A stretch of DNA of 64,000 bases, taken from assembly GCA_030835345.1 (NCBI GenBank), contig JAURPH010000007.1, positions 13,542-77,541 on the forward strand. The letters run 5' to 3'. This stretch comes from Thermodesulfobacteriota bacterium. GTDB lineage: Bacteria > Desulfobacterota_D > UBA1144. The translations under genes and the position numbers were made by a program. Shown here in pieces: positions 19,282 to 30,579 of this stretch. The notes under the pieces are model-generated. The model searched no databases and was not told the DNA's origin. It worked only from the letters and a program-made list of their open reading frames with translations. Within the stretch, counting starts at the first letter, position 1; each line of letters opens with the position of its first letter.

Positions 19282-20283
19282 TGATTCATCTAATGAATAC
19301 ATTAGATTCATGTTTTGTATAGCTTGGCCTGAAGCACCCTTTATGAGATTATCAATTACCGATGAAATTAAAAGTACATTGCTATTTTTAAAAGTTTTTA
19401 ATCCAATGTGGCAATTGTTAGTAAATTGAACATCTTTGATAGCCGGTAATTCATCTTTACAAATTTTTACAAATTTTTGGTTTTGATAAAAATCTGTAAA
19501 TTTTTTATAAATTGAATCAATATTTACTTTGTTTTCAAACTGAATGTAAATGTTTGATAAAATCCCCCTAGTTATTGGCAGTAAGTGAGGAACTATTAGT
19601 ATATTAATATCTGATTTGTAATTTTTTTTAAGAATATATTCAATCTCTGGTTTATGTCTGTGAGTTCCAACAGCATATGTACTTAGATTCTCATTCACTT
19701 CATTATAAATATGCTCAATTTTGTTACTCTTTCCTGCACCAGAAACTCCAGACTTTGTATCAACTATAATATCTTTTTTATTAATCTCTTTAGCTATCGG
19801 AGATAGCCCTAGGAGAATTGATGTTGCATAACATCCAGGATTTGCAATATTACCTTTATTAACATCTCTGTTTATTTCAGGTAAAACATATTTAAAAATT
19901 TTGGCATCCACAGATTTAGGTCTTTTTTTATACCAATTATTGTGAATTTTATCTGGAAGCCTAAAGTCTGCACTTAAATCAATTATATTTGTTTCTTTTT
20001 TTATTTTAAATTTTTTCAAATTTTTTGCCAGTTCACCATGCGGCAAACAAGAGAAAATTACATCTAAATTATAGTTTTTAATATTTTCATTTTTATTAAT
20101 TTTGATATTTCCAAAATTCTTTAGATTTGATACAAGATTTATAGCACTTTTACCAACAACATTATGTGCTCCAAGAAATACTATTTTTACATTTGGATGT
20201 GAATCTAGCTTTTTTAATAACTCCATCCCTGTATATCCTGTAGCACCAAGGATGCCAACTTTTATTTTCATCATAAATTTCAC
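19270..20283 (-). CDS. argC: N-acetyl-gamma-glutamyl-phosphate reductase
   Basis: [19 protein letters not shown]...ANPGCYATS (active-site Cys). Confidence 0.85.
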   Translation of the reverse strand: MKFMMKIKVGILGATGYTGMELLKKLDSHPNVKIVFLGAHNVVGKSAINLVSNLKNFGNIKINKNENIKNYNLDVIFSCLPHGELAKNLKKFKIKKETNIIDLSADFRLPDKIHNNWYKKRPKSVDAKIFKYVLPEINRDVNKGNIANPGCYATSILLGLSPIAKEINKKDIIVDTKSGVSGAGKSNKIEHIYNEVNENLSTYAVGTHRHKPEIEYILKKNYKSDINILIVPHLLPITRGILSNIYIQFENKVNIDSIYKKFTDFYQNQKFVKICKDELPAIKDVQFTNNCHIGLKTFKNSNVLLISSVIDNLIKGASGQAIQNMNLMYSLDESLGF

Positions 20284-20372
20284 AATATCATCTTATTATC
20301 AGTTCTTCAATCGTTTGAATTCCAAACATGAAAAGGTAATATTTAAAAATCATTTTACTTTAGGAGAAATTA

Positions 20373-21380
20373 ATGGCTATTAAAGTTGGAATAAATGGTT
20401 TTGGTAGAATTGGCAGACAGGTATTAAGGATAGCTCTTTCTAATAAGGATATAGAAGTTGTAGCTATTAACGATATAGCAGATTTAAAAACTTGTTCTCA
20501 ATTGTTAAAATATGATTCGATATTTGGCGTCTTAGATGCTGAGGTTAATTTGCTTGATGATGGGATAAGTATTGATGGAAAGAAAGTTCGTTTTTTTTCT
20601 GAAATGTCCCCTAGTGATATCAATTGGACAGATGAAAAATGTGACATAGTAATTGAATCAACCGGAATTTTTACTACTCAAGAAAAAGCCTCAATGCATT
20701 TGGGCGGGACTGTTAAGAAAGTAGTTATTTCTGCCCCTGCGAGTGGAGATGTTGATTTAACAACAGTCATGGGAGCAAATGATTCATTGTATGATAACGA
20801 AAAGCACAATATTATTTCTAATGCATCTTGTACAACAAATTGTTTAGCAATGATTGTTAAAGTTCTTAGGGATAATTTTGGTTTGCAAAGTGGTCATATG
20901 ACAACTGTCCACTCTTATACTAACGACCAACGTATAGTTGACTCACCCCATAAGGACTTAAGAAGGGCAAGAGCTGGTGGCTTATCAATGATTCCCACTA
21001 GCACAGGAGCAACCAAAGCAATTGAAGTTATTTTCCCAGAGCTAAAAGGGAATTTGTCAGCTATATCAATTAGAGTTCCAACACCAAATGTTTCTTTGAT
21101 AGATTTCGTTGCAAGAATAGATAAAAAGATATCATTAGAGGATTTAAATAATGCTTTTATTGATGCTTCCAAAAATGATTTGAAAGGCTATTTGGGAATT
21201 GCTCATGATGGTGCTGTTTCAGTCGATTTATTAGGTAATCCACATTCTGCGATTTATGATCCTTTTGGTGCTAGCGTTATCGCCAATGATTTTGTTAAGG
21301 TAATTGCATGGTATGACAACGAATATGGCTACTCATCTAGGGTTATTGATTTAGTTACTAAAATTGGAAGTCAGCTTTGA
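20373..21380 (+). CDS. gap: Glyceraldehyde-3-phosphate dehydrogenase
   Basis: MAIKVGINGFGRIGRQVLR...ASCTTNCLAP-type active site (SNASCTTNCLAM). Confidence 0.95.
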   Translation: MAIKVGINGFGRIGRQVLRIALSNKDIEVVAINDIADLKTCSQLLKYDSIFGVLDAEVNLLDDGISIDGKKVRFFSEMSPSDINWTDEKCDIVIESTGIFTTQEKASMHLGGTVKKVVISAPASGDVDLTTVMGANDSLYDNEKHNIISNASCTTNCLAMIVKVLRDNFGLQSGHMTTVHSYTNDQRIVDSPHKDLRRARAGGLSMIPTSTGATKAIEVIFPELKGNLSAISIRVPTPNVSLIDFVARIDKKISLEDLNNAFIDASKNDLKGYLGIAHDGAVSVDLLGNPHSAIYDPFGASVIANDFVKVIAWYDNEYGYSSRVIDLVTKIGSQL

Positions 21381-22573
21381 AAACCAAAAAAGTAATTACT
21401 GATAATCCTAAAGATTTTTATCACGGGAAAAAGGTTTTCGTAAGAGTTGACTTTAATGTTCCAATTGACAATGAAAAGAATACTATAAGAGAAGATTATA
21501 GGATTAGAAGGGCTATACCTACTATAGATTTCTTGATAAATGCAGGTGCTAAAGTCATACTAGGCTCTCATTTAGGAAGGCCTAAAGGTAAAAAAAATAA
21601 AAATCTCTCTTTAGAACTTGTAGCAGTAAGGTTGTCCCAATTAATAGATAAAAAAGTTTATTTTTGTGATGATTTTACTGATAAGGGATGGCCAGAAAAA
21701 ATTAATAATTTAGATAATGGCTCAGTGGTTCTGTTAGAGAATTTAAGATTTTATAATGAAGAAACAGAAAATGATGATCATTTTTCTGTTACTCTTGCAT
21801 CTTTGGCTGATATTTATGTGAATGATGCTTTTGGAACATCCCATAGAGCACATGCATCTACTTATGGTATGGCACTTAAATTCAAGTCAAAACTTGCAGG
21901 TTTTTTAGTTGATAAAGAATTAAAATTTATATCAAAAATGATTGGGGAAGTTGAACATCCATTTGTAGTAATAATAGGTGGTTCCAAAATCAAAGATAAA
22001 ATTACTGCCATGGCAAAACTGCTAGACAAGGCAGATAAGATTATTATTGCAGGTGGTGCGGCATATACATTCCTAAAGGCAAGAGGAATAAATATTGGAA
22101 ATTCAATTTTCGAACAAGATATGTTGGATTGGGCGAAGGATGTTTACTCTAAATATTCAGATAAAATAGTACTCCCAGTTGATCACTTAGTTTCAGAATC
22201 AATAGAAAAAACTAATTCGTGTTTGATAGTTGATCAGGAGATTCCCGATGATTATCAAGCTTTTGATATTGGCCCTAAAACCATTGAGCTTTTTAATTCC
22301 ATTATTAAAGGACCGGGATGTATATTTTGGAACGGTCCAATGGGTGTTTTCGAACTTGATAAATATTCATCTGGAACAATCCATGTGGCTCGTGCTGTTG
22401 CATTAGCTACTTGGAGAGGAGCAGTATCGGTAGTAGGTGGAGGCGAAACTATAGCTGCTTTAAGAAAAGCCGAAGTTTTAGAATCCGAAATTTCTCACAT
22501 GTCTACAGGTGGAGGAGCTTTGTTGGAATATTTGGGTGGATCTGATTTGCCAGGTATAGAAATTTTGGATTAA
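21377..22573 (+). CDS. pgk: Phosphoglycerate kinase
   Basis: [11 protein letters not shown]...GSHLGRPKG.. with full-length PGK motifs. Overlaps the gap stop. Confidence 0.95.
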   Translation: MKTKKVITDNPKDFYHGKKVFVRVDFNVPIDNEKNTIREDYRIRRAIPTIDFLINAGAKVILGSHLGRPKGKKNKNLSLELVAVRLSQLIDKKVYFCDDFTDKGWPEKINNLDNGSVVLLENLRFYNEETENDDHFSVTLASLADIYVNDAFGTSHRAHASTYGMALKFKSKLAGFLVDKELKFISKMIGEVEHPFVVIIGGSKIKDKITAMAKLLDKADKIIIAGGAAYTFLKARGINIGNSIFEQDMLDWAKDVYSKYSDKIVLPVDHLVSESIEKTNSCLIVDQEIPDDYQAFDIGPKTIELFNSIIKGPGCIFWNGPMGVFELDKYSSGTIHVARAVALATWRGAVSVVGGGETIAALRKAEVLESEISHMSTGGGALLEYLGGSDLPGIEILD

Positions 22574-22590
22574 TATTTTATAATTCAATC

Positions 22591-23667
22591 ATGGCAAAGT
22601 CCCGCCCAACAAATAATTTAGAATGGATTGAATCTATAATAGGTAAAGATTCAGAATATCTTTTAAATCATAAATGTAATAAAATTGACAAAAATTTACT
22701 TTCGTTACCAGGTCCTAAGTTCATAGATAATTTTGTTAAAGAATCAAACAGGTCAAATGTAGTCTTGAGAAACTTCCAAACTCTTTTTAATCATGGAAGA
22801 CTCAAAGGTACAGGTTATTTGTCTATACTGCCTGTAGATCAAGGTGTCGAGCATTCTGCTGGGGCATCATTTACACCCAATCCTATATACTTTGATCCGG
22901 AAAATTTAGTTGAACTAGCTATTAATGGTGGTTGTAGTGCAGTTACATCTACTCTTGGAATGCTTGGAGCAGTCTCAAGAAAATATGCCCATAAAATTCC
23001 TTTTATCGTAAAATTAAACCACAATGAATTTTTATCTTATCCAAATAAATATGATCAAATTCCTTTTGCATCAGTAGACCAAGCATTTAATATGGGTGCA
23101 ATTGGAGTTGGTGCTACCATTTATTTTGGCTCTGATGAAAGTGCAAGGCAAATACAAGAAGTCTCTCAAATGTTTGAATATGCTCATTCTCTAGGATTGG
23201 TTACAATTCTTTGGGCATATCTTAGAAATTCTAATTTTAAAACCAAAACAAAGGACTATCATGTGGCAGCTGATTTAACTGGACAAGCAAACCATTTAGC
23301 TTCTACAATTGAGGCAGATATTGTTAAGCAAAAGATTGCCGAAACTAATGGTGGTTTTATAGACTTAAATTTTGGTAAAACAGATAAAGGTGTTTATTCC
23401 GATTTAACATCAGATAACCCAATTGATTTAAATAGATATCAAGTTCTTAATTGTCATGCGGGAAGGTCCGGACTTATAAATTCTGGAGGACCATCTGGAA
23501 ATGATGATTATGCGCAGGCTGTCAAAACCGCTGTTATAAATAAAAGGTCTGGTGGAATGGGACTTATTACAGGAAGAAAAGCTTTTCAAAAGCCTATGAA
23601 AGATGGAATAGAAATTTTAAACTTAGTTCAAGATGTTTATTTGAATAAAAAAATCACAATTGCTTAG
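22591..23667 (+). CDS. fbaB: Fructose-bisphosphate aldolase, class I (FbaB/DhnA type)
   Basis: 358 aa. [18 protein letters not shown] and overall similarity to bacterial class I FBA (DhnA family). Clustered with gap-pgk. Confidence 0.8.
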   Translation: MAKSRPTNNLEWIESIIGKDSEYLLNHKCNKIDKNLLSLPGPKFIDNFVKESNRSNVVLRNFQTLFNHGRLKGTGYLSILPVDQGVEHSAGASFTPNPIYFDPENLVELAINGGCSAVTSTLGMLGAVSRKYAHKIPFIVKLNHNEFLSYPNKYDQIPFASVDQAFNMGAIGVGATIYFGSDESARQIQEVSQMFEYAHSLGLVTILWAYLRNSNFKTKTKDYHVAADLTGQANHLASTIEADIVKQKIAETNGGFIDLNFGKTDKGVYSDLTSDNPIDLNRYQVLNCHAGRSGLINSGGPSGNDDYAQAVKTAVINKRSGGMGLITGRKAFQKPMKDGIEILNLVQDVYLNKKITIA

Positions 23668-24674
23668 TTGAATAATTTACTTTTTAAAAATTTACTAATT
23701 TGTTTCACCATATCTGATGATCCTATAAATATTGGCGACTTTTGATGTATCGAACTGGGACTTATATCAAGAATTCTTTTTTTTCCATCAATAGCAAGTC
23801 CTCCAGCTTGTTCAATTATAAAAGCCATAGGATTACATTCATACATTAATCTTAATTTTCCATTAGGGGCTTTTTTTGATGCTGAATAAATAAATAAACC
23901 TCCCTTTAATAAACTTCTATGTATGTCAGCAACCATAGAGCCAACATATCTTAAGGAGTATGGCCTTTTAGTTTTTTCATCTTTTTGCTCACACCATCTT
24001 ATATATTCTTGAACAGATAGGGGGAATTCATAAAAGTTTCCTTGATTCACAGAGTACATATGACCTTTTTTTGGTATTTTTATATTTTCATGAGATAGAT
24101 AGAATTCTTGAACTATAGGATCTAAAGTAAAAGCATCGACTCCTTTTCCTACAGTAATTACATAAATTGTAGAGGATCCGTAAATTATATATCCTGCAGC
24201 AACTTGTCTGCTCCCTATTTGTAAGAAATCCTTTGTATAAGTTTTATCAATTATCGATGGCCTTTTTAATATTGAAAAAATTGTTCCCACTGGAACATTA
24301 ACATCTAGGTTGGATGAGCCATCAAGAGGATCAATACAAACTAAGTATTTAGAATTTTTAGATACCTCATTGTTAAATATTAATACTTTTTCTCTCTCTT
24401 CAGATACTATACCAGCACAATTGCCACCATTTTCAAGGGATTTTATAAATAAATTATTAGCAATAACATCTAATTTTTTAACATCCTCACCATGGGAATT
24501 TTTATTTCCCATAAAGTCTCCAATTGTATTATCTAAAGATGCATTATTTAGTTCTTTAGAAACTTGTCGCGCCGCAAGTTTAATATCCTTTAATAATGCT
24601 ATGAGTTCTCTATTTTTATCTCCGGTTAATTTATCTTTCAGTAAATATTGATAAGCGGTTAGCTTTTCTTTCAT
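23664..24674 (-). CDS. fbp: Fructose-1,6-bisphosphatase class 1
   Basis: ...[24 protein letters not shown]... and [21 protein letters not shown] motifs of FBPase I. Confidence 0.9.
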   Translation of the reverse strand: MKEKLTAYQYLLKDKLTGDKNRELIALLKDIKLAARQVSKELNNASLDNTIGDFMGNKNSHGEDVKKLDVIANNLFIKSLENGGNCAGIVSEEREKVLIFNNEVSKNSKYLVCIDPLDGSSNLDVNVPVGTIFSILKRPSIIDKTYTKDFLQIGSRQVAAGYIIYGSSTIYVITVGKGVDAFTLDPIVQEFYLSHENIKIPKKGHMYSVNQGNFYEFPLSVQEYIRWCEQKDEKTKRPYSLRYVGSMVADIHRSLLKGGLFIYSASKKAPNGKLRLMYECNPMAFIIEQAGGLAIDGKKRILDISPSSIHQKSPIFIGSSDMVKQISKFLKSKLFN

Positions 24675-25118
24675 TTAATTAAACACCTTTATTTTTATAA
24701 ACTCATTAATTGAATTGTACATGTATGATTCTATATTAAAAAATTTAAATAAAATAATTAAAAATAAATATCCTACAATTAAACCCAGAGCTGTAGAAGT
24801 TAAAGCACCAGTTATTCGATTAAATAAACTTAAACCCGATGCTAAAGTTATTGATTCTATTATAAAAAAAAGAATTTTTAATAAAAAGTAAAATATAATA
24901 AAACTTATTATAGAAGAGACACCTTCTGGTATTTCCCAAGATAGAAAATTAATAATATTGTTTAGATAATTATTAATATTTTCAGAGCCAAAATATGTAA
25001 TTGATATTGGAATTAATAGAGTTAGGAATTTTGATATTCCTTTTATGAGCCCTACATAAAAACCAAAAATAAAAAAACTTATTATTATCGAAAAAAAAAT
25101 ATAATCAAAAAGGATCAT
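24675..25118 (-). CDS. cvpA: CvpA-family (colicin V production) membrane protein
   Basis: 147 aa with four TM segments. N-terminal MILFDYIFFSIIISFFIFGFYVGLIKG is CvpA-like. Confidence 0.5.
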   Translation of the reverse strand: MILFDYIFFSIIISFFIFGFYVGLIKGISKFLTLLIPISITYFGSENINNYLNNIINFLSWEIPEGVSSIISFIIFYFLLKILFFIIESITLASGLSLFNRITGALTSTALGLIVGYLFLIILFKFFNIESYMYNSINEFIKIKVFN

Positions 25119-25175
25119 TTCTATATATTCTATATTATTTTTGACTTAATTCTTATTTCTGATACCTTAAAAAAA

Positions 25176-26156
25176 ATGAACAACAAAAAAATTTTCTCGA
25201 TTTTAGATAGAGAGTTACTCAAAATTGAGAATGTTCTATTAAGTGTTGTTAAAACTGATATTAAAATTTCTAAGGAAATATCTGAACATATTGTTTTAAA
25301 GCCTGGGAAAAGGTTCCGCCCACTACTGTTAGTATTAAGCTATTTAGCCTTTAATAGAAGGGTTAATATGAAAGTTATTAATTCTGCTGCGGCTGTAGAA
25401 CTTCTACATAATGCATCTCTAGTTCACGATGATATTGTTGACTTAGCTTCAATGAGAAGAGGGCAAAAAACGGCTAATGTTATTTGGGGAGATCATGCAA
25501 GTGTACTTGCTGGTGACTTTTTACTTTCAAAATCTTTATGGTTAGTAAACAAAGTCAACAACTTCCGAGTAATGGATACTGTAACAAATGCAGCATCAGA
25601 GTTAGCTAACGGTCAGATTTTAGATATGTCTTTATCAAAAAGCCCTAGCTCATTTAATCTTAATCTTTATTATAAAATGATATCTCTTAAAACCGCATCT
25701 TTATTATCTTCATGCTCCGAGGTCGGTGCAATCATTGCTAATGCAGATTCAGGCAAAATAAGGAAAATGAAAAATTTTGGCTTTAATCTCGGTATGTGCT
25801 TTCAAATAGTTGATGATTTGTTAGACTTTACAGGTTCCTCAGATAACCTTGGAAAAAAGCCCTTGCAAGACTTGAGTAATGGTAAAATAACACTTCCATT
25901 AATTATTGCACTTGAGAAAGCTAGAAAAAAAGATTTTTCCAAAGCTACTTTGATTTTAAACAATTCAAAATTTGATAGTAAGAATATAGATTTTCTGTAT
26001 AATTTAATACTTAAAGAGGATGCAATTGAGGATTCCAGGAAAGTCTTAAACAAGTTTACAAATAAGGCATTAAATAATATTAGCTTCCTCGAAGATAATG
26101 ACTACAGTAAGTCTTTAAGATATCTTTTAGAGGCAAGTTTAACAAGGGTTAATTAG
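25176..26156 (+). CDS. ispB: Polyprenyl diphosphate synthase (octaprenyl-diphosphate synthase-like)
   Basis: First DDxxD motif LVHDDIVDLASMRRGQ and second FQIVDDLLDFTGSSDNLGK motif. Confidence 0.85.
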   Translation: MNNKKIFSILDRELLKIENVLLSVVKTDIKISKEISEHIVLKPGKRFRPLLLVLSYLAFNRRVNMKVINSAAAVELLHNASLVHDDIVDLASMRRGQKTANVIWGDHASVLAGDFLLSKSLWLVNKVNNFRVMDTVTNAASELANGQILDMSLSKSPSSFNLNLYYKMISLKTASLLSSCSEVGAIIANADSGKIRKMKNFGFNLGMCFQIVDDLLDFTGSSDNLGKKPLQDLSNGKITLPLIIALEKARKKDFSKATLILNNSKFDSKNIDFLYNLILKEDAIEDSRKVLNKFTNKALNNISFLEDNDYSKSLRYLLEASLTRVN

Positions 26157-26158
26157 AT

Positions 26159-27778
26159 ATGAAAAAAAATTGGGAAGAAAAATTTAAAGAAAAAATTAAA
26201 GAGAGAAAACAAAAGTTTTCAACATCTTCTGGAATTAAAGTCGATAGATTTTATACAGCAGATGATTTATCAAAAGATGTAGATTCTAAAAATTCTTTGC
26301 CTGGAGAATTCCCATTTGTTAGAGGTGTTCAGCCAACAATGTATAGAGGCCGTTATTGGACTATGCGCCAATATGCGGGATTTGGTTCTGCCAAAGACAC
26401 AAATAATAGATTTAAAAGCTTATTGGATAAAGGTCAAACGGGTTTGAGTGTAGCTTTTGACCTACCAACCCAGATGGGTTATGACTCAGATCATATGATT
26501 AGCAAAGGCGAGGTTGGCAAAGTAGGAGTAGCAATCGATTCTTTAGAAGATATGGAAATTCTTCTTGAAGGTATACCTTTAGATAAAGTTTCAACTTCCA
26601 TGACTATAAATGCAACAGCCTCAATGTTGCTGGCAATGTATATGATTGCTGCTGAGAAACAAGGAGTTGGGCCTGAACAAATAATGGGTACTATTCAAAA
26701 CGATTTGTTAAAAGAGTTCATTGCTCGAGGTACATATGCATTTCCACCTGAACCATCTGTAAAATTAACAGTCGATATAATGGAATATTGTAAGGATAAT
26801 ATTCCTAAGTGGAATCCAATTAGTGTTAGCGGCTATCATATTCGTGAAGCAGGATCAACCGCTGTTCAAGAACTAGCTTTTATGCTAGCCGATGCAATTG
26901 AGTATCTTGAAATTGCTAAATCTAGAAATATTGATGTACAAAAAATTTGCCAGCGAGTTTCTTTTTTCTTTGCCGTTCATAATAATTTCTTTGAGGAGAT
27001 TGCTAAATACAGAGCTGCAAGAAGAATATGGTCAAATATCTTAAGAAAACAATTTAAAATCACTGACGATAATTCATGTAAATTTAGAGTTCATTCTCAA
27101 ACTGGTGGTGTTACTTTAACTGCTCAGCAACCTCTTAATAATGTTGTAAGAGTCTCTATGCAGGCCTTAGCTGCTGTTTTAGGGGGCACACAATCTTTAC
27201 ACACTAACTCATTTGATGAAGCTTTAGGGTTACCTACTGAGGATTCTGCAACCATTGCATTGAGGACTCAGCAAATTATTGCATATGAGTCTGAGGTGGC
27301 TGATTCCATTGATCCTTTGGCAGGCTCATATTATATTGAGAATTTAACTGATGAGATTGAAAAGAAAGTTTACGATTACTTAGAAATAATAAAACAAAAA
27401 GGTGGAATGATTAAGTGTATTGAGGATACATATATTCAAGGAGAAATTGAGAATTCAGCTTTTGATTTTCAAATTGAGCTTGAGAAGAAAGATAGAACTG
27501 TTGTTGGGGTTAACGATTTTAAAGCTGAGCAAGAAAAACCAATGCCTATTCAAGAAATAGATCCTATGTTAGAAAAAGATCAAGTAGAAAGATTGAGATC
27601 TTTAAGAGAAAGAAGAGATTCTAGTTTAGTAGATAAGTGTTTAGCCGATTTAGAAAATGCAGCTAATAAAAATGAAAATCTAATGCCGTATATAGTAGAT
27701 GCTGTAAGGGCATATTGTACCATTGGTGAAATGACAATGTCTTTAGAGAAGGTTTATGGACGCTTTAAGGGAGTATAA
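26159..27778 (+). CDS. Methylmalonyl-CoA mutase, catalytic (large/N-terminal) subunit without a B12-binding domain
   Basis: FVRGVQPTMYRGRYWTMRQYAGFGSAKDTNNRFKSLLDKGQTGLSVAFDLPTQMGYDSD is close to MutB substrate-binding barrel motifs. The MCM-type Tyr is present. The protein ends at 539 aa before any DxHxxG cobalamin domain. Confidence 0.85.
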   Translation: MKKNWEEKFKEKIKERKQKFSTSSGIKVDRFYTADDLSKDVDSKNSLPGEFPFVRGVQPTMYRGRYWTMRQYAGFGSAKDTNNRFKSLLDKGQTGLSVAFDLPTQMGYDSDHMISKGEVGKVGVAIDSLEDMEILLEGIPLDKVSTSMTINATASMLLAMYMIAAEKQGVGPEQIMGTIQNDLLKEFIARGTYAFPPEPSVKLTVDIMEYCKDNIPKWNPISVSGYHIREAGSTAVQELAFMLADAIEYLEIAKSRNIDVQKICQRVSFFFAVHNNFFEEIAKYRAARRIWSNILRKQFKITDDNSCKFRVHSQTGGVTLTAQQPLNNVVRVSMQALAAVLGGTQSLHTNSFDEALGLPTEDSATIALRTQQIIAYESEVADSIDPLAGSYYIENLTDEIEKKVYDYLEIIKQKGGMIKCIEDTYIQGEIENSAFDFQIELEKKDRTVVGVNDFKAEQEKPMPIQEIDPMLEKDQVERLRSLRERRDSSLVDKCLADLENAANKNENLMPYIVDAVRAYCTIGEMTMSLEKVYGRFKGV

Positions 27779-28232
27779 TTTTTTTACTCATTAAAATTGC
27801 ATCTTCATTGCTTTTTTGATAGTATTTCTTTCTTATTGAATCAGTTTTAAAACCATTTTTCCTATAAAAATTTATAGCTTCAAAATTATTAGAATTTACA
27901 TCTAAAAAAATCTTATTTATTTCTCTTCTTATACAAAAATCATTTAATTTTAATATTATTAAATTTGCTAAACCTTTTCTTCTTAATAATTCTGTAGTAG
28001 CAATTTTCATTATCTCTAAAAAATCTACTTCAATTCTAGAAAATGCATAAGCAAGTAGTTTATTATTTTCTTTTATACATATATTATAATTTTTTTCTCT
28101 AATCAGTTCTGAATTAATTTGGGATATGCTCCATGAATATTTAAAAGATTTATTTTCTATTTGATAAATCTCATCAGCATCATCTAAAACTATTTCTTCA
28201 ATATTTATCACTATATGTATTATAATAAACAC
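27765..28232 (-). CDS. GNAT-family N-acetyltransferase (RimI-like)
   Basis: 155 aa with an acetyl-CoA binding-like segment RRKGLANLIILKL and a C-terminal NFYRKNGF. Overlaps neighbouring gene ends. Confidence 0.55.
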   Translation of the reverse strand: MFIIIHIVINIEEIVLDDADEIYQIENKSFKYSWSISQINSELIREKNYNICIKENNKLLAYAFSRIEVDFLEIMKIATTELLRRKGLANLIILKLNDFCIRREINKIFLDVNSNNFEAINFYRKNGFKTDSIRKKYYQKSNEDAILMSKKIILP

Positions 28233-28961
28233 AAAATGAAGAAAGCACTTATTGTATTAAGTGGGGGACAGGATTCGACCACATGTTTGTTCTGGGCACT
28301 CAATCAAGGCTATGAATGTTCAGCAATAACATTTGATTACAACCAACTTCATTCTATTGAAATTGATTCAGCTAGGAAAATAGTGGATATAGCTAAGCTT
28401 AAAAATCATAAAATCTTAAAACTTGGATCAATATTTGATGGAGAATCACCTTTAACAAACTTAACGAGAGAATTGCAAACTCATAATAGCTTAGAGGAAT
28501 TTCCTCGTGGGCTACAACCAACATTTGTACCATCAAGAAATATTGTTTTTTTATCTTTAGCATCTAATTATGCTTATTCTTTGGGGATTGATACTATTGT
28601 TACTGGAGTTTGTGAAACAGATTATGCTGGGTATCCAGATTGCCGAAAAGAATTTATAGAATCATTAGAATCTTCAATTTCACTGGGCTTAGATAAGAAA
28701 ATTAAAATCTTAACACCGTTAATTAGCATAAAAAAATCTGATATAGTTAAACTTGCTTGGCAGCTTGGACCTATTTGTTGGAATGCTTTATCTTTTTCAC
28801 ATACAAGTTATGATGGAAAATATCCCCCAACAATCGGTGACCATGCTAATTTATTAAGAGCAAAGGGGTTTTTAGATGCAGGGCTACCTGATCCGTTAGT
28901 TCTTCGTGCAGTTAAAGATGGTCTAATGGAGAAACCAAAAACAAAGAATTATGAAGATTAA
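28215..28961 (+). CDS. queC: 7-cyano-7-deazaguanine synthase QueC (start probably MKKAL at 28236)
   Basis: KKALIVLSGGQDSTTCL PP-loop, with C-terminal Zn-binding cysteines. Confidence 0.9.
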   Translation: MYYNKHKMKKALIVLSGGQDSTTCLFWALNQGYECSAITFDYNQLHSIEIDSARKIVDIAKLKNHKILKLGSIFDGESPLTNLTRELQTHNSLEEFPRGLQPTFVPSRNIVFLSLASNYAYSLGIDTIVTGVCETDYAGYPDCRKEFIESLESSISLGLDKKIKILTPLISIKKSDIVKLAWQLGPICWNALSFSHTSYDGKYPPTIGDHANLLRAKGFLDAGLPDPLVLRAVKDGLMEKPKTKNYED

Positions 28962-29595
28962 GATAAGTGAAGTTTTTTATTCGCTACAAGGGGAAGGCAT
29001 ACAAATTGGAACCCCTACAGTATTTGTAAGATTGTTTGGATGTGATTTAAGGTGTTCTTGGTGTGATTCAATGTATGCAGTTGAAGGAAGGGATTTTAGC
29101 GTTTTAGAGATAAACCAGGTAATTGATAATGTATTATCATACCAATGTGGAAATGTTTGTATTACTGGTGGTGAACCCTTACTTCAATTGGAACAAACAC
29201 TATTTCTTACAGAAAAATTTATAGAAATAGATAAAAAAGTTATATTAGAAACAGCTGGCCATAGAAAGCCACCAGAAATTTTTAAAAATCCTGAAACCAT
29301 AGTAAGTATGGATTGTAAATGCCCATCTTCAGGTATGAATTTTAAATCAGATCTGCAAAATTTGATTCAATTAAAATCTAAGGATCAAATAAAGTTTGTT
29401 ATCGCGGATGACAATGATTATGTTTTTGCAAAAAAGATAGTAAAACAAAATTCTTTTAATGCAGAAATTATATTTCAACCGGTTTATGGCTCAAGCATAT
29501 CGGAAATCGCTAATGCTGTAATTAAGGATAAATTGAGAGTTAGAGTATTGCCACAGCTACATAAGGATATTTGGGGTGATATTAAAGGTGTTTAA
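28951..29595 (+). CDS. queE: 7-carboxy-7-deazaguanine synthase QueE (radical SAM)
   Basis: LQGEGIQIGTPTVFVRLFGCDLRCSWCDSMYA is the QueE CxxxCxxC cluster region. Confidence 0.85.
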   Translation: MKIKISEVFYSLQGEGIQIGTPTVFVRLFGCDLRCSWCDSMYAVEGRDFSVLEINQVIDNVLSYQCGNVCITGGEPLLQLEQTLFLTEKFIEIDKKVILETAGHRKPPEIFKNPETIVSMDCKCPSSGMNFKSDLQNLIQLKSKDQIKFVIADDNDYVFAKKIVKQNSFNAEIIFQPVYGSSISEIANAVIKDKLRVRVLPQLHKDIWGDIKGV

Positions 29596-29909
29596 TCTTT
29601 TTCACATTCAAGAGCTAACAGGGACTCAAAAGAATAAATACCAGTATCATGACCATCTCCCCATTTAAATTTTAAAGCATATGATCCCATTATTTCAACT
29701 GAAATTAGTTCAAAGCACTCTGGATTTTTTACTTCAATTTTCTTTTTAAAGCCCTTTAGTGCTGCCTTACATGTAGCGCATGGACATGCATTTCTTATGT
29801 CTCTAAGTAATAAATAGCTCTGTTGGTTATTGCTCCATGTAATTGAAAAAAGATTGTCATTTAATAATTCAAATTCTCTAACTGAAATGCTCATGATACA
29901 ATTATACAC
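29592..29909 (-). CDS. DUF971 family protein (gamma-butyrobetaine hydroxylase-like N-terminal domain)
   Basis: 105 aa with a CPCATC Zn-ribbon-like motif and a KFKWGDGHDTGIYSF block, characteristic of DUF971. Confidence 0.55.
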   Translation of the reverse strand: MYNCIMSISVREFELLNDNLFSITWSNNQQSYLLLRDIRNACPCATCKAALKGFKKKIEVKNPECFELISVEIMGSYALKFKWGDGHDTGIYSFESLLALECEKD

Positions 29910-29911
29910 AA

Positions 29912-30577
29912 ATGAAAGTTAGATTAGTTAGTTATTCAACTCCCACGAAAGAATTTTTAGATGATGGAATATCCGATGTACAAGAATTGGTAGCATTTTG
30001 TGCTCGTGTTTCAAATCCTTCAAACCAACATAATAAAGACACTTCAGAGAAGTTAATAAAATATTTAATAAAGAATAAGCATTGGTCACCATTAGAAATG
30101 GTGACAGCTTGTATTGAGATTGAAACAACTAGGGATATAGCCCGTCAAATTTTAAGGCATAGATCTTTTAGTTTTCAAGAGTTTAGTCAAAGATATGCAG
30201 ATCCTACTAAAGATTTATCTTTTGTGACAAGAGATGCAAGACTCCAAGATGAAAAGAATAGACAAAATTCTGTTGAGACTGAGGACATACAATTAAAAAA
30301 AGATTGGGAAAGAAAGCAGTCCGAGTTAATTGATTTATCTGTTAAAACTTATAAATGGGCAATAGATAATGGTATAGCAAAAGAGCAGGCTAGAGCAGTT
30401 TTACCTGAGGGTAATACAGTAAGTAGAATGTATATGAATGGAACCCTTAGAAGCTGGGTTCATTATATTGAGCTACGAAGTGCTAATGGAACACAAAAAG
30501 AACATATGGATATAGCTGTTGCGATTGCCGAGATTATTAGCGAAATTTTTCCAATGATGGATACATTCATTGAATAG
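29912..30577 (+). CDS. thyX: FAD-dependent thymidylate synthase ThyX
   Basis: ThyX motif RHRSFSFQEFSQRY (RHRx7-8S). 221 aa. Confidence 0.85.
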   Translation: MKVRLVSYSTPTKEFLDDGISDVQELVAFCARVSNPSNQHNKDTSEKLIKYLIKNKHWSPLEMVTACIEIETTRDIARQILRHRSFSFQEFSQRYADPTKDLSFVTRDARLQDEKNRQNSVETEDIQLKKDWERKQSELIDLSVKTYKWAIDNGIAKEQARAVLPEGNTVSRMYMNGTLRSWVHYIELRSANGTQKEHMDIAVAIAEIISEIFPMMDTFIE

Positions 30578-30579
30578 CT

